From: the human T2T-CHM13v2.0 reference genome, Homo sapiens
Length of the DNA: 64,000 bases
Strand: one strand, 5' to 3'
Assembly: GCF_009914755.1 (NCBI RefSeq)
Contig: NC_060929.1
Shown: piece by piece, positions 63,296-64,000 of the stretch
How the letters are laid out: every line of letters starts with the position of its first letter
Numbering within the stretch: the stretch's first letter is position 1
Made by a program: the position numbers and the translations under genes
Notes under the pieces: model-generated
Databases searched by the model: none
What the model was told of the DNA's origin: nothing
The model's input: the letters and a program-made list of their open reading frames with translations, nothing else

Positions 63296-63439
63296 CTAGA
63301 ATCATGAAATTAGGAAGATTCTCAAGCACAAGGTCTCTGCCCACCCCAATTACCATCTGTGACTAGCAGACAGATCTATGACATCAGTGGATTTTAATAA
63401 GAAAGAAAGGGGTGAAAGGTTAGCTGAAAGAATTTGTTT

Positions 63440-63640
63440 TTGAGCAACGACATATTCCAAGTACTATGTCAAATGTCTTTTAGGTATTTCTTTAGTGAAT
63501 CCTCCTGTAAACCTTTCTAAGTCAGTTCCATTACCAGATGAATTATCAGGACTGAGACTAAATGTGTTTATGTGCAGAGTCCTTAGCTAGGACCTGAACC
63601 CACACCCAGCTCACTGGAAAACCTATGCTTTCTCTCCTAC
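63440..63640 (-). mobile_element. MIR SINE
   Basis: ttgagcaac...ccaagtactatg...gaatcctcctgtaaacc...cagatga...ggacctgaacccac. Confidence 0.55.
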
Positions 63641-64000
63641 CTTAACATTCCATTGCTGACCTCCCTGGTGGCTGAAGAGCTGATTTCTTAGCGCACCTTT
63701 CCAGCTGACACTCTGCGGTCCTAGCAAAGCAGATCGTGTTTCTAAGCTTCTGTTTCTTGAACTACGGAGTTGTGAATTTCTAGTCCAGAACCTCTTTGTT
63801 TCAGGATAGCCACAACTTTAAACAAGTGGCTGACTTATGGCCTCCCAATTGTTTGACGGTCAAAGATGGAAATCTGATACAGTAGCCATCAAAATAGAAA
63901 CAATTCTTGGCCTAATAGATTCTAATGAGCATGTTGCAAGCAGAAAGTTCAGAAATGGTCATTTGGGCTTAGCAAAAAAAGAAAATGAAGGCTTAAACAG

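Overview
This is a repeat-dense, AT-rich stretch of primate genomic DNA, probably hominoid or human, judging from its Alu J/S/Y elements and an L1PA3-like insertion. I find no credible host protein-coding exon, tRNA, rRNA or CRISPR array. The supplied ORFs come almost entirely from Alu, L1, LTR or simple-repeat sequence. The main element is a full-length but degenerate HERV-L provirus (46501-53361) with MLT2A LTRs, gag-pro-pol-dUTPase remnants and a CTAGG target-site duplication (TSD). It sits inside an MST LTR, which sits inside an old L1. A second nest (about 15.7-28.5 kb) has an L1MC3-like element hosting a MADE1 split by an AluY, plus an antisense L1MA that carries Alu, MSTA/THE1 and THE1C insertions. 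Oddities worth checking: an inverted duplication inside HERV-L pol, a 33-bp palindrome-containing Alu TSD, a twin-primed L1, a probable internally primed L1 fragment, a 167-bp tandem duplication, a chimeric MSTA/THE1 element, and perfect DUX4 motifs in minus-strand MaLR LTRs upstream of a candidate minus-strand exon. I cannot support a previously undescribed biological system here; the best lead is a hypothetical DUX4-responsive, LTR-initiated lncRNA. Subfamily calls and the boundaries of ancient repeats were made by eye from recalled consensus sequences and need RepeatMasker/Dfam confirmation.
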